The notes below the pieces were generated by a model. The model saw only the letters and a list, made by a program, of their open reading frames with translations. It had not been told where the DNA came from and searched no databases. Of a stretch of 64,000 nucleotides of DNA, positions 50,445-60,407 are shown piece by piece (position 1 is the stretch's first letter; the number at the start of each line of letters is the position of its first letter). This stretch comes from an uncultured virus (IMG/VR IMGVR_UViG_3300047157_000165). Its lineage: Duplodnaviria; Heunggongvirae; Uroviricota; Caudoviricetes. The DNA is taken from IMG/VR virus record IMGVR_UViG_3300047157_000165; one strand, written 5' to 3'. Both the position numbers and the translations under genes were made by a program.

Positions 50445-51163
50445 TAATGATCAAATATCTTTTTTCTTATCATTCGTTTAACAACTTTAGCAACCGCAGT
50501 CTCTAAAGCTTTCTTAGTTGATGTGCCAATCGATGATTGATTAAACTTAACATCTTCTAAATTATCGTTATTTAATAAAGTCAATTCTCTTGTTGTTGTT
50601 GCTTTGCCTAAGCCAGATCCTGTCATATATAATCCAGATTCTGAGTCAACGAGTTTAACCTGTAATCCTAATCTAGTTACAAGTTTGTTTTTAATACCAT
50701 CTTTAAGGTTAATAGTTTCATCTTCTGATATACTAAAGTCATAGACTTCTATATAACAAAAGTATTTAGCTAAAACTATTTTACCAATAGGATTTATAAC
50801 ATTAGCTGTGAAACCTTTTTCGCTTGCTTTAAATTGTTTAATCATTCTATCTTTTATTTCATCTTTTGTTTCTACAAACTCAAAGCGAAATGTTTCATCT
50901 AAGAATGCCACAGTTATATTAGTTAAACCTAATCCTACTCTATAGTCACCTAATTCAGGATACTGGTTTAATATCTCTTCAGTAACGCCAATGTTAAGCA
51001 GAGCTACAGATACAGGATCACCATTATATTCTGGTACACTCCATATAGATTCTCTTGATTCAAAGCTACCGACATAATCTTCGGTGGTTGTTTTTCCAAT
51101 TACTTGGCTATGAGCAGAAGCCACAGCCGATACAAATATCGCACATAGTATAAATTTTTTCAT
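50444..51163 (-). CDS. CsgG-like exported protein
   Basis: Signal peptide; FLDETFRFEFVE, LGLQVKLVDSESG...GSG, IGTSTKKALETAV. Confidence 0.6.
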   Translation of the reverse strand: MKKFILCAIFVSAVASAHSQVIGKTTTEDYVGSFESRESIWSVPEYNGDPVSVALLNIGVTEEILNQYPELGDYRVGLGLTNITVAFLDETFRFEFVETKDEIKDRMIKQFKASEKGFTANVINPIGKIVLAKYFCYIEVYDFSISEDETINLKDGIKNKLVTRLGLQVKLVDSESGLYMTGSGLGKATTTRELTLLNNDNLEDVKFNQSSIGTSTKKALETAVAKVVKRMIRKKIFDH

Positions 51164-51164
51164 G

Positions 51165-51395
51165 TTACCAATCTATTTCTCTTTTTTCTTCTTTAGGTTT
51201 TTGAATAACTGTTTTAGTTATAACCAAAGTATCTTTAACAACGCCCGGAGGTATTGATATAGTTTGTTCCATTGAAGGTGGAGGAGAATCGATCTCAGGG
51301 CTAAACCAAGCTTCCATGTTTGAAACTACTAAAGCAGCGCCTGCAGTTATTATTAATCCTATTGCAGTAATTATTTGAGTTTTTATTTCCTTCAT
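51165..51395 (-). CDS. Small membrane-anchored protein
   Basis: IITAIGLIITAGAALVV followed by Pro-rich linker. Confidence 0.6.
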   Translation of the reverse strand: MKEIKTQIITAIGLIITAGAALVVSNMEAWFSPEIDSPPPSMEQTISIPPGVVKDTLVITKTVIQKPKEEKREIDW

Positions 51396-51396
51396 A

Positions 51397-51756
51397 TTAT
51401 TTCATTGAGAACGTTTGTCTACCTATAAAATCATTAGTATTAGTATACAATTCCACGGTATAAGAACTTACTGGCATTGAATTTACATATATATTTAATA
51501 TATTGTCTCCTTCTTTTCCAGTTATTATTTCTTGATTTATTATTGTATTAGAAAAATCTAATATTTTAATTCTATATTTACCATCTTTTGGTAGCTTAGT
51601 ATTAATCCTAACTTTATCTTTAACAATATAACTTTCAAGTTTTAAACCTATAGCCTGCGACATAAATAAAGTCTCAGGAACTTCCTGTATAGGTCTTTCT
51701 ATATAAATTGTATCTGAACAACTTATAAATAAAAATAGTAGAATTAGTTTTTTCAT
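51397..51756 (-). CDS. Lipoprotein with Ig-like/T9SS-CTD-like domain
   Basis: MKKLILLFLFISC lipobox; GDNILNIYVNSMPVSSYTVEL. Confidence 0.55.
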   Translation of the reverse strand: MKKLILLFLFISCSDTIYIERPIQEVPETLFMSQAIGLKLESYIVKDKVRINTKLPKDGKYRIKILDFSNTIINQEIITGKEGDNILNIYVNSMPVSSYTVELYTNTNDFIGRQTFSMK

Positions 51757-53378
51757 TATTGTATTTTTAAAATTACTTTAGTTCCTTCCGCTGTTACAGC
51801 ATCTGTTGTTTGAAAATAAATTAAACCAGATGTATTTGTTATTGTTTGTTTAGGATTAAATATAATTTTGTATGGTTTGCCTGGTCTTATACTTTCTTGA
51901 TTCTCTACACTTATGCTACCAAAATATAATTTATTACCACGCTCTGTTGCGAAGTTAGTTAATAAGTTACCTGTATTGAATTGAACTTCTTCAAATTCTA
52001 ATAAAGCATCGTCAAATTGAATAACAAACTGCATACCCGCTAAATCTTCTTTTTCGAGTTCAACAATTAATTCAACTTTATCGTTAACTAAACTTGTGGA
52101 AATATCTAAATCTAAATTTTCAACAGCACCTTGAACTAAGGGTTGCTTAACAACACCGCCATCATCTTGCACTATAGGTTCAAATGAATGTGAAAAATCA
52201 ACATCACCAATAAGGCCATGCCCAAAATCAAACACCTTGTTCGCGTCAGTAGGTGTAAACACTTTTTTCTGTCCAAAGTAATAATCATTAGTTGAATAAC
52301 CATATTGGTTTTTTTCTCCCCAAACATTTTTAGCACCGTTTGTAGAGCTTGTAAACCATTCACTTACGTTCTCATCCATTATATGACTAAGTAAAACATA
52401 CGAATCATCAAAATCAACATTACCGCTATTGTTTACTTCCCCTAATAAAAATTGTATACCATGTGTAAACGTATTTGTAGACCCGCCTGGATTACTACCG
52501 GCTTTTATAGCTTCTTTAAATACAAGAAAAACATCTGTAACAGTTGCTACATCATCTAACCAATCGGAAGCTAATTCATCATCAACAGATATGTTAACAG
52601 TATATTCAATATTATTTTCTAGTCCAGTTACAATAGCTTGTGAGTTAGCATCAAAATAACCATTTGTTACGCTATTATTATTACTCAATATGTCATACTT
52701 ATAATGCGTTGGTTTGTCGTTTTCAGTTAAAAGATTTAAAGTAACGCTACCAGCATTTCCGCCTTCCACATCAGCTAACGTTATAGCTTGCTGCATTGCA
52801 TCAACATCATAAGCGGTGTCTGTTGAATTATCATGAGCTTTCATCCAGTTAAGATGAGTGACATTACTATAATTTGAATAATTAGTATTAATTTTATCTT
52901 TAATTTTAAAATCAACTTCAATCAAAGTATTGTTATATGTGATCCCAACACCATCCTGTATTGTTATTCTTTCTACAGACCAATCATCACTTGAAGGGTA
53001 AGAATTAGTATTACCTGTTACTTGCGTTCTATTCTGCCAACCGTTTAAATACTGTGCGGATAAATCATCTTCATCGTAAGTATCTAGTATGCTAAATTTA
53101 AATCCGTCCCAATGTGTTAACGACACTTGTGCATTTGTATTTTCTTCATTATCAGTAACTTTAAACCTGTGGGTTATTTTTTGCAAAAGCTTGTTGTTAT
53201 ATTCGTAGTCAAACATGTACAGGTTTGGATCAGCACCCTCTGTAACCTGTATTGTATTAAACTTTATAGTTATAGTATCACCCACCTTAAAATCAGCTTC
53301 ATTAATATAACTGTGATCAAGTTTTAAATCTTGCGCTAAGCAGAATAATGGTAGTAACAAAAACAACAGTTTTCTCAT
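51756..53378 (-). CDS. Exported protein with cohesin-like and dockerin-like segments
   Basis: Signal peptide; VGDTITIKF; GEVNNSGNVDFDDSYVLL; LAGMQFVIQFDDALLEFEEV. Confidence 0.55.
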   Translation of the reverse strand: MRKLLFLLLPLFCLAQDLKLDHSYINEADFKVGDTITIKFNTIQVTEGADPNLYMFDYEYNNKLLQKITHRFKVTDNEENTNAQVSLTHWDGFKFSILDTYDEDDLSAQYLNGWQNRTQVTGNTNSYPSSDDWSVERITIQDGVGITYNNTLIEVDFKIKDKINTNYSNYSNVTHLNWMKAHDNSTDTAYDVDAMQQAITLADVEGGNAGSVTLNLLTENDKPTHYKYDILSNNNSVTNGYFDANSQAIVTGLENNIEYTVNISVDDELASDWLDDVATVTDVFLVFKEAIKAGSNPGGSTNTFTHGIQFLLGEVNNSGNVDFDDSYVLLSHIMDENVSEWFTSSTNGAKNVWGEKNQYGYSTNDYYFGQKKVFTPTDANKVFDFGHGLIGDVDFSHSFEPIVQDDGGVVKQPLVQGAVENLDLDISTSLVNDKVELIVELEKEDLAGMQFVIQFDDALLEFEEVQFNTGNLLTNFATERGNKLYFGSISVENQESIRPGKPYKIIFNPKQTITNTSGLIYFQTTDAVTAEGTKVILKIQ

Positions 53379-53839
53379 AATTTTAATTTCTTAATAATGT
53401 TTTCAGATAATTTTTTTAATGCAACGCTAACACTGTTTTGTGTAAACTTTCCTTGTTCATTTAATAAAATTAAAGATGTAGTTATATCTTTTGACGTACC
53501 CTTTACTTTTACTTTTTTCTTTTTGTATTTAGCTACGGCAATTATTTCAGTTTGACTTGATGATTTGCTATACAACGCAATACTTGATTGAGTTCTTTTT
53601 ACATCAAAATAAATTAGCTCAACAACCAACACATTATTACTTTTGTCATTTAAGTTATAATCGTAGTCTTGAACCAATTCTTCTAATATGTTCTTCATAC
53701 CAAACCCTACATTGCGGTTTCCTACTAAAGGTCCGGTTTGTATAGAGTTTTTTATATCTTGTATTTTTATTTCTTGAGCTGTGGATATAACACAAAACAA
53801 TAAGCTACTTATTAGCTTTATTTTTTTTATGTATGTCAT
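53375..53839 (-). CDS. Exported protein, possible second CsgG/TolB-N-like fold
   Basis: Signal-like LISSLLFCVISTAQ; GFGMKNILEEL, SVALKKLSE echo 50444-51163. Confidence 0.5.
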   Translation of the reverse strand: MTYIKKIKLISSLLFCVISTAQEIKIQDIKNSIQTGPLVGNRNVGFGMKNILEELVQDYDYNLNDKSNNVLVVELIYFDVKRTQSSIALYSKSSSQTEIIAVAKYKKKKVKVKGTSKDITTSLILLNEQGKFTQNSVSVALKKLSENIIKKLKL

Positions 53840-53969
53840 ACCATCGTGCTATTGTAAAACCTATAGAAACTAACAACAGTACTATTTTTAATATTGTTTC
53901 CATCTCTGTCATGGAAAGTGTTAGTGTTGTGCCATTAAAGGCCATTAGTTTAATATCTTGCCATTCCAT
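53805..53969 (-). CDS. Small holin-like membrane protein
   Basis: Manual: MEWQDIKLMAFNGTTLTLSMTEMETILKIVLLLVSIGFTIARWYDIHKKNKANK. Confidence 0.5.
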   Translation of the reverse strand: MEWQDIKLMAFNGTTLTLSMTEMETILKIVLLLVSIGFTIARWYDIHKKNKANK

Positions 53970-53971
53970 AG

Positions 53972-56900
53972 TTAATTATATTTTTTTCTTTTTGAATATC
54001 TGCTTGATGCAGAATTATTTTGTCTAATTTTTTTTGATTTTCTTTTACCTTTTGATTTTACAGAGTAATAACTATCATCTGGTTCAAAGTTTATAGTCCA
54101 CCTGTTCCAACCAGATAATAATGCTATTTTTTGCCATGTTTCTGTTTTAACATCTAAAGCATCTTTAACGTTTCTAGCTTTTGAAACAACCCTGTCTAAA
54201 GGCACATTAAAAAATGAAGCAGAGCTACCTACCATATCTAATACAGGATTTTCTATAGATATACCCATTTTTTCAAAAGATTTTCTTTTATACTTAAAAT
54301 CTTTTAAAGCATCAAATATATCTCTAGTTTTAATACTTATTGCAGGGCCAACCGTAAAGAATTCTGCTAATATAGCAGCTATATCAAATTGTCCTTTTCC
54401 TTCCTCAACTTTTTTGTTTTCTTCATATATTTTTTTACTAACATTTTTTACCGTAGAAAAAACAGCACCTGTAATACCTGTGCCTCTAACTAATGTATCT
54501 ACCATGTTGTTTGCTATATAACCTATTTTTCTTTCATTTCTTTTTGTTTCTTCATCTTCATTTTCTCCTGGAAATAACATACTAAATAAACCTTGTTGTA
54601 ATACAGAAAACATCATGTTTTGTAAAAACGAATAATATAATATTTTACTTATTTTTTCTTTTGGATTACCTCTACCATTTATTAAATCTAAACCAGCTTT
54701 TTCTATTAATCTAGTATACTGCATTGGTGTGTTTTGAAATGCTAATAACCATTTACCAGCGGTGCTAGTCTGTTCCATTGATAATCTATCAGCTCTAGCA
54801 GACTGTTGTGTTTCTTCAGTAACCTCTTGAAAGTCTATAAAAGCTTTTCTTTCTGCTTCTACCTTTGAAAAACCTTTTGTTGTGTATGTATTTATTCTAT
54901 TTCTGTAAAAACTAGCTCCGCCTGCAGCAATAGCGAAAGCATCACCAGCTTTAGTGAAAACAAAACCTTTTTGTAAAACTAAACCTAAAACACCTTTAAA
55001 TCCTTTATTTCTCTTAATTGCGTCCGCAATTTCAGCTTCGTTAACATCAGTTCTTAAACCTCCTCTTCTTTCTTTTAACAAATCAGAATTCATTATGTAT
55101 TTAAAATCTTTTGCCCATTGTGTAGGGTTTCCTACTAAAGCCTTACCAAAATTATATACATTGTTATCTGACCAATTAATATAATTAAAAGTAGATAATG
55201 TTTGTAGTACCGCTGTTCTTGTGTTTAAAAACATTGTAGATGCAACAGAACCTCTTACCCAATTCAATGCTCCATTCATGAAACGATCATTTGTGTTTGA
55301 GAGTTTTCCAGTTTCCATTCTACTTAAAATATTCTGTAATGGATCTAAAAACTTTTGACCATAAGTTGCTCTAATTTTATTTATATTGTTTTCACTAAAA
55401 ATAGCATTTTTATTCTCAATAAAAGGTCCTAAGAATTTTTTTCTTGAAAGTTGATCTATTGATCTAAGTATATCTTGTCTAATAGTATCAGTTTGCCACG
55501 AATTTATATCTGGATCTATCCAATATGAATCTTGTCTCATTACACTAGATAAACTACTAGCATATTTTAACATTTTATTACCAGGATATGTTATTATTTT
55601 TCCTTTTACTTTTTGTAGTGTTGCATCATTAACACCAGGAACTTTAGAACCATTTTTAGTATAGAGGTATATTCTTAATGCTTGATCATAGTTAAAACCA
55701 GAAATTCCAGTTTCTTGTTCCATGTCTTTGTTAAAATTAGGATTATCTTTTAAAAACTGTTTATATTTTTTGCTAGATAATTGTCTTGCTATATCTAATG
55801 ACATTACTGCTTTACTAAAAGGTTTTATTAAGTTATCAGTAAAAAATTCTAATTGTTTTTCTCCTTTTTTTCCTTTACCAAGAAAACCATAAAGAAGACC
55901 AGCTAAATCATTTGCAGAGTGATCCATTATTCTCCACATTTTTTTTCTATTAACAGCTAGATTTTTTGAAGTTGCAACATCAATTACATCATCTAAAGAA
56001 TATCTTTTATCTTTTGCCGATAACATTAAACCCATTTGTGATTCTAATTGTAATGTTTTTACTTCATCATTAAAATTAACTTGACTTAATTGTTCGTTTT
56101 TATCGGTTTTATTTTTAATAATCTTTATTGATTGTTCTTGACTAAGTTTTGGAGTTTGTTCTAATATACTTGTAGGTACTATACCTGACTTAAAATTATT
56201 AGTGCTAACAACAGGTTCTTTACCTGACATTATATCAAATAAAATTTGTTTAGTTATTTTACTACTTGAGTCGTAGTTTTGTATAGAATATCTTTCAGTA
56301 CCTTTTTTAAGTACAGACAAATCTAAAGAAGATAAATTATTTAAACCATCAATAGAAGAATTTTCAAAAGCCAAGCTTTGAGTAATAAACATTAGCCTTT
56401 CTTTTATTTCATTTTTGTTTTTTCCAGATTTAACAAAAGCAAGCCTATATTGATTCATTAAATTATATACACCATTTCTTGTTTCATTTGCTTTTGATGA
56501 CTTGAAATCAAGTATAGCTGTTTTCTTTGTATCTTGTAATAGTGTTGGATCGTTTAGTAATTTTTTTAAAGTATATAATGTATTTATTTTTTTATTGTTA
56601 TTTTTTATATGATCGTTTAAATCATTTATAAAACTAACATCATTTTTGGATAAATTTTTATTTGATTTTAAATTTTTAGTAGATATGTTTTTATTTATTT
56701 CTTGATCAAAAACGGTTATTTTTTCTATTCTATCATCTCTTATTATATTATTGTTTTTGTCTACAAGAACTTTACTTTCTGATGTGTAAAGATCTAGCGT
56801 GTTATTAAATAAAGAATTGAAACCATTGAATCCAGCAACTGATCTTGCTAAAGAACTTTCTCTTTTAAACAAATCAGGCATTGAGTTTAAAAACTCAAAT

Positions 56901-59900
56901 TGATATTTTTTTAATTTTAAAAGTTTTTCATAATCCCATTTTTGTACATTGTTTTCATATTTATATAAGGATATATTTTTTACATCTTCTTTATTTAAAT
57001 CAATATCATATATCTTGCTTGTTTCTTCTAAAAACTCAGGGTTTTCATATAAACTTCTAGTGTATTTAACATATTCATGCTTATTAAATATCATGTTAGT
57101 TAACTCTGGAATAACAATATCATTATCAGGTTGTTGACTAAATTGAAATTCAGATTTACCAGCAGCAACATTATTTATAACATTAGGATTTATGCCAGCT
57201 TTTAACATTTGTATTCTTAACTCAGTATTTGTTGTAAGTTTAGACAATAAAGCTAGGGCACCTTTTACTCTTTGTGATTCAGGACTTCTACCGTCTAAAA
57301 TCTCTCCTCTAACATCTGTTATTAAAGCTCCACCTTCTGAGTCCATACCAAAAGTTTTTAAAACTCTTTCTTTATACTCGTTAGATAAAAAATTATTAGG
57401 AAGTTTAAACTGTGGGTTACCCTGTGCACCCTTAACTCTTTTGTCGGCTGGTTCATAAAGATCTAAATTAAACTTTTCATCATTAATTAATTTAGTTGCT
57501 ATTTGAACTGATTTACCTTCTGCATTTTGATCAGTTACTTCTTTATTTGAAGTAAGTGGTGGTAAAAGTTTTATAAAATCATCTATATGTTTATATAAAA
57601 ACTTTTGTGCTTTTTTAAATTCTCCTGATCCTAGATTTTTTTTAGGATCTGTTATTTTACTAACTGGTACACCTGCTTTTTCAGCAATATGTGGAGATGC
57701 AATCAATGGAACACTACCAAAAGTCATTTGATCTAGTGTTAACATTGGAAATAGATTTTTAACAGAATTTTTAACATCAGATTCTATACCAAAAACTTTA
57801 GAAGGTATTATTTTATTTTCAGTATTTTCATCAAAACTTTCTTTTGTGTCAAACTCTGAAAAATCTTCATTTACACCAGGTTCAGCAACAGATCCAACTT
57901 CTCCAGCTACAACGTCTAAACTTTTAGATTTAGATTGTGCATATTGTTTAAGAACTTTACTTTTTACCCATGTTTGTAATTGTCCATTTAAATAACCTGA
58001 AAATGAATCGTTTTGTTCAGGATCAAATTTTATTATTAAATCTGTTAATTCCTTTTTAACGTCTTCAACAAAATTATCTTTAGATTTACCAGAAACAGTA
58101 TTACCTTGTATACCACGAAGAATAAGTGGATCCATCAAGTTACCCTCTATAATTTTGTTATATGCGTCAGCCATATAACCATCTTCTTCATATTGTTTTT
58201 TAGAAATACCATAACCTTCTTCTCTAGTATTTGGTCCAGCTAAATCATCAATTATAGAATTTTTTTCTGCTTGAGAAAATTGTCTAGATTTACTTTCTAA
58301 TTCTTTGTTCAATTTAACTTTGTCTATAACTTCTAAGACTTTTTTTGAAACTTTGTTTTCTTTAGCAGATTTATTAAACTCACTTAAGAAATTATATACC
58401 TGGTCAGCATTTTCAAAACCAACTTCCATATCATATTTTTTAAATAAATTTTTAAAAAACTGAGCTATTCTTTCTAATATTGTTTTGTCTAAAGAAAGTT
58501 CATTTTTAGCAAGTGCATCTGACATTACATTTAAGTATTCTGTATCATATTTACCTGTATCAGGACCGTACCCTCTGCTTTCCATTATGGCGTCAAGTTC
58601 ACTTACTTGTCTAGATGTTAATCTTTCTTTAACACCTTGTACTATTTTTGCTTGTTGTTTTCTATCACCTATTTGAGAGTTTAAAATAGGGTGGAGTATT
58701 TCGTGAGCTCCAATATTTATTTGAAATGTTTTACTAGCCGCATCTTTATTAAAGTATATTTTACCGTTTATATATGCGCCTCCTATATTACTTGCTTCTG
58801 ATTCTGTTTTTCCTATAGCATTAGCAAATTCTTTGTTTGTTTCATAGCTTTTAGCTTTTATATTTAAAGCTTCTGCCATTTTCAATCCAAAACTAGTGCT
58901 TTTGTTTACTAAAGAGTTTATACCTCTATTTTTAGCTAAAACTCCATTTATTCTTAATACACTTATATTATAATCTTTTTTTACCTTATCTAAATAAGTT
59001 AAATATTCTTTTTTATTTATTTTATTATTATCTAATTTTTCTTTTAAATCTTTAAGTTTAGATACTTGTTTTTCTGTTTCAACATTAATATCATATATTT
59101 TTTTCTGAGATTCTTCATCTAAATCTTTTATTTTGTCATTAGATATTTCTATTAACCTTTTAACATTTGATTTAGCTATTTCTATATTAGCTTCAGCACT
59201 TGCCTTGACATCATCATCTTTTGTTTCTGCACTAACTTTTTTATTGTATACAATAGCATTTATATTCTTTTGTATTTCATTTGAATCTTTTGTAGATCTA
59301 ACAGAATAAGAAGCTTTTAATGCATATCTACCACCTCTAATTCCAGCCCCACCAAATCCACCACGCAACATTGACTCATATGCATCCTTTTCTGTTAACA
59401 TTCTATATAAAGATCCCTGCAGCGCTTCTGTTTTACTTTTACCATCACCTAAAAGCTTATTAAACTCTCCTAAACCATACTGTGTCCACTCTGTACCTGC
59501 TTCAACACCTCCGGCAAACGCAATATCTAAAGCATATTTAGTTATTTTGTTTCTACCTTTCTTTAATACTTTTCCTAATATTTTACCTAAACCTAAATTT
59601 TCCACACCGGCTTGTCCTGCGGCTATTGAAAAAGGAATTATTGTTTCCTCTTCATTATCAGATATTAACTGTTTTAAACTTTTATTTTTTCTTTTTGCTA
59701 ATCTTTCGTTATATTCTATGTAATTTTCAGCAGCATATTCGTATCCATAACCCGTAAATCCTGTACCTACACCATAAGCAACTGATGCTATAGCGTTTGC
59801 TACCGTTCCAAGAACACCAACAGCAAACTTAGCTGGATCTTTTTCTGTAATAGCATCTGCTAAAGCAAAAACAGGTCTATTGCTTGCTTGTTTTTCTTTG

Positions 59901-60403
59901 ACATCTTTTATTAAATCTTCAACAGTTTCAAACTGTAAATATCTTTCCTTAGCATTGAAAGAATCTCTTCCAGCATTTAATAGTGTTTTCATACCTTTTC
60001 TTCCATACAACTCTTCATTCATAGTTGTCAAAGCTAATTGTACGGAAGGATCATCACCTTTCCAAAAATTATCTATTAAACCTAATCTATCCCCAGCATT
60101 TTTAAACTCATTTAAAAGACCTTGACCTAAAGTTAATTCTTCAGAATCTTCTTCTGTTTTATTTTTTACTTTTATTTCTTCTGGAGTTGGAAGTTTGAAT
60201 TCCAAAAAACCAGCTGCCAAGTTTGATTCCGTATTGGGTGTTACATTTTCCGGAACAGGCACACCCTTTTCTGTTCCTTTTGTCTTTGCTAAATCTGTTT
60301 GTTCATTTTTTAATTTAGCTCCTGGATATTTTAGCAGAAAATCTTGTTTTCTGTCTGGTGAAACTTCAAATAGTTTCCCGTCTACTATGTAAAATTCATT
60401 CAT
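53972..60403 (-). CDS. Very large internal virion/ejection protein with HExxH motif
   Basis: 2143 aa; Gly/Ala hydrophobic patches; IGAHEILHPIL; largest of three cargo-like genes. Confidence 0.65.
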   Translation of the reverse strand: MNEFYIVDGKLFEVSPDRKQDFLLKYPGAKLKNEQTDLAKTKGTEKGVPVPENVTPNTESNLAAGFLEFKLPTPEEIKVKNKTEEDSEELTLGQGLLNEFKNAGDRLGLIDNFWKGDDPSVQLALTTMNEELYGRKGMKTLLNAGRDSFNAKERYLQFETVEDLIKDVKEKQASNRPVFALADAITEKDPAKFAVGVLGTVANAIASVAYGVGTGFTGYGYEYAAENYIEYNERLAKRKNKSLKQLISDNEEETIIPFSIAAGQAGVENLGLGKILGKVLKKGRNKITKYALDIAFAGGVEAGTEWTQYGLGEFNKLLGDGKSKTEALQGSLYRMLTEKDAYESMLRGGFGGAGIRGGRYALKASYSVRSTKDSNEIQKNINAIVYNKKVSAETKDDDVKASAEANIEIAKSNVKRLIEISNDKIKDLDEESQKKIYDINVETEKQVSKLKDLKEKLDNNKINKKEYLTYLDKVKKDYNISVLRINGVLAKNRGINSLVNKSTSFGLKMAEALNIKAKSYETNKEFANAIGKTESEASNIGGAYINGKIYFNKDAASKTFQINIGAHEILHPILNSQIGDRKQQAKIVQGVKERLTSRQVSELDAIMESRGYGPDTGKYDTEYLNVMSDALAKNELSLDKTILERIAQFFKNLFKKYDMEVGFENADQVYNFLSEFNKSAKENKVSKKVLEVIDKVKLNKELESKSRQFSQAEKNSIIDDLAGPNTREEGYGISKKQYEEDGYMADAYNKIIEGNLMDPLILRGIQGNTVSGKSKDNFVEDVKKELTDLIIKFDPEQNDSFSGYLNGQLQTWVKSKVLKQYAQSKSKSLDVVAGEVGSVAEPGVNEDFSEFDTKESFDENTENKIIPSKVFGIESDVKNSVKNLFPMLTLDQMTFGSVPLIASPHIAEKAGVPVSKITDPKKNLGSGEFKKAQKFLYKHIDDFIKLLPPLTSNKEVTDQNAEGKSVQIATKLINDEKFNLDLYEPADKRVKGAQGNPQFKLPNNFLSNEYKERVLKTFGMDSEGGALITDVRGEILDGRSPESQRVKGALALLSKLTTNTELRIQMLKAGINPNVINNVAAGKSEFQFSQQPDNDIVIPELTNMIFNKHEYVKYTRSLYENPEFLEETSKIYDIDLNKEDVKNISLYKYENNVQKWDYEKLLKLKKYQFEFLNSMPDLFKRESSLARSVAGFNGFNSLFNNTLDLYTSESKVLVDKNNNIIRDDRIEKITVFDQEINKNISTKNLKSNKNLSKNDVSFINDLNDHIKNNNKKINTLYTLKKLLNDPTLLQDTKKTAILDFKSSKANETRNGVYNLMNQYRLAFVKSGKNKNEIKERLMFITQSLAFENSSIDGLNNLSSLDLSVLKKGTERYSIQNYDSSSKITKQILFDIMSGKEPVVSTNNFKSGIVPTSILEQTPKLSQEQSIKIIKNKTDKNEQLSQVNFNDEVKTLQLESQMGLMLSAKDKRYSLDDVIDVATSKNLAVNRKKMWRIMDHSANDLAGLLYGFLGKGKKGEKQLEFFTDNLIKPFSKAVMSLDIARQLSSKKYKQFLKDNPNFNKDMEQETGISGFNYDQALRIYLYTKNGSKVPGVNDATLQKVKGKIITYPGNKMLKYASSLSSVMRQDSYWIDPDINSWQTDTIRQDILRSIDQLSRKKFLGPFIENKNAIFSENNINKIRATYGQKFLDPLQNILSRMETGKLSNTNDRFMNGALNWVRGSVASTMFLNTRTAVLQTLSTFNYINWSDNNVYNFGKALVGNPTQWAKDFKYIMNSDLLKERRGGLRTDVNEAEIADAIKRNKGFKGVLGLVLQKGFVFTKAGDAFAIAAGGASFYRNRINTYTTKGFSKVEAERKAFIDFQEVTEETQQSARADRLSMEQTSTAGKWLLAFQNTPMQYTRLIEKAGLDLINGRGNPKEKISKILYYSFLQNMMFSVLQQGLFSMLFPGENEDEETKRNERKIGYIANNMVDTLVRGTGITGAVFSTVKNVSKKIYEENKKVEEGKGQFDIAAILAEFFTVGPAISIKTRDIFDALKDFKYKRKSFEKMGISIENPVLDMVGSSASFFNVPLDRVVSKARNVKDALDVKTETWQKIALLSGWNRWTINFEPDDSYYSVKSKGKRKSKKIRQNNSASSRYSKRKKYN

Positions 60404-60407
60404 AATA

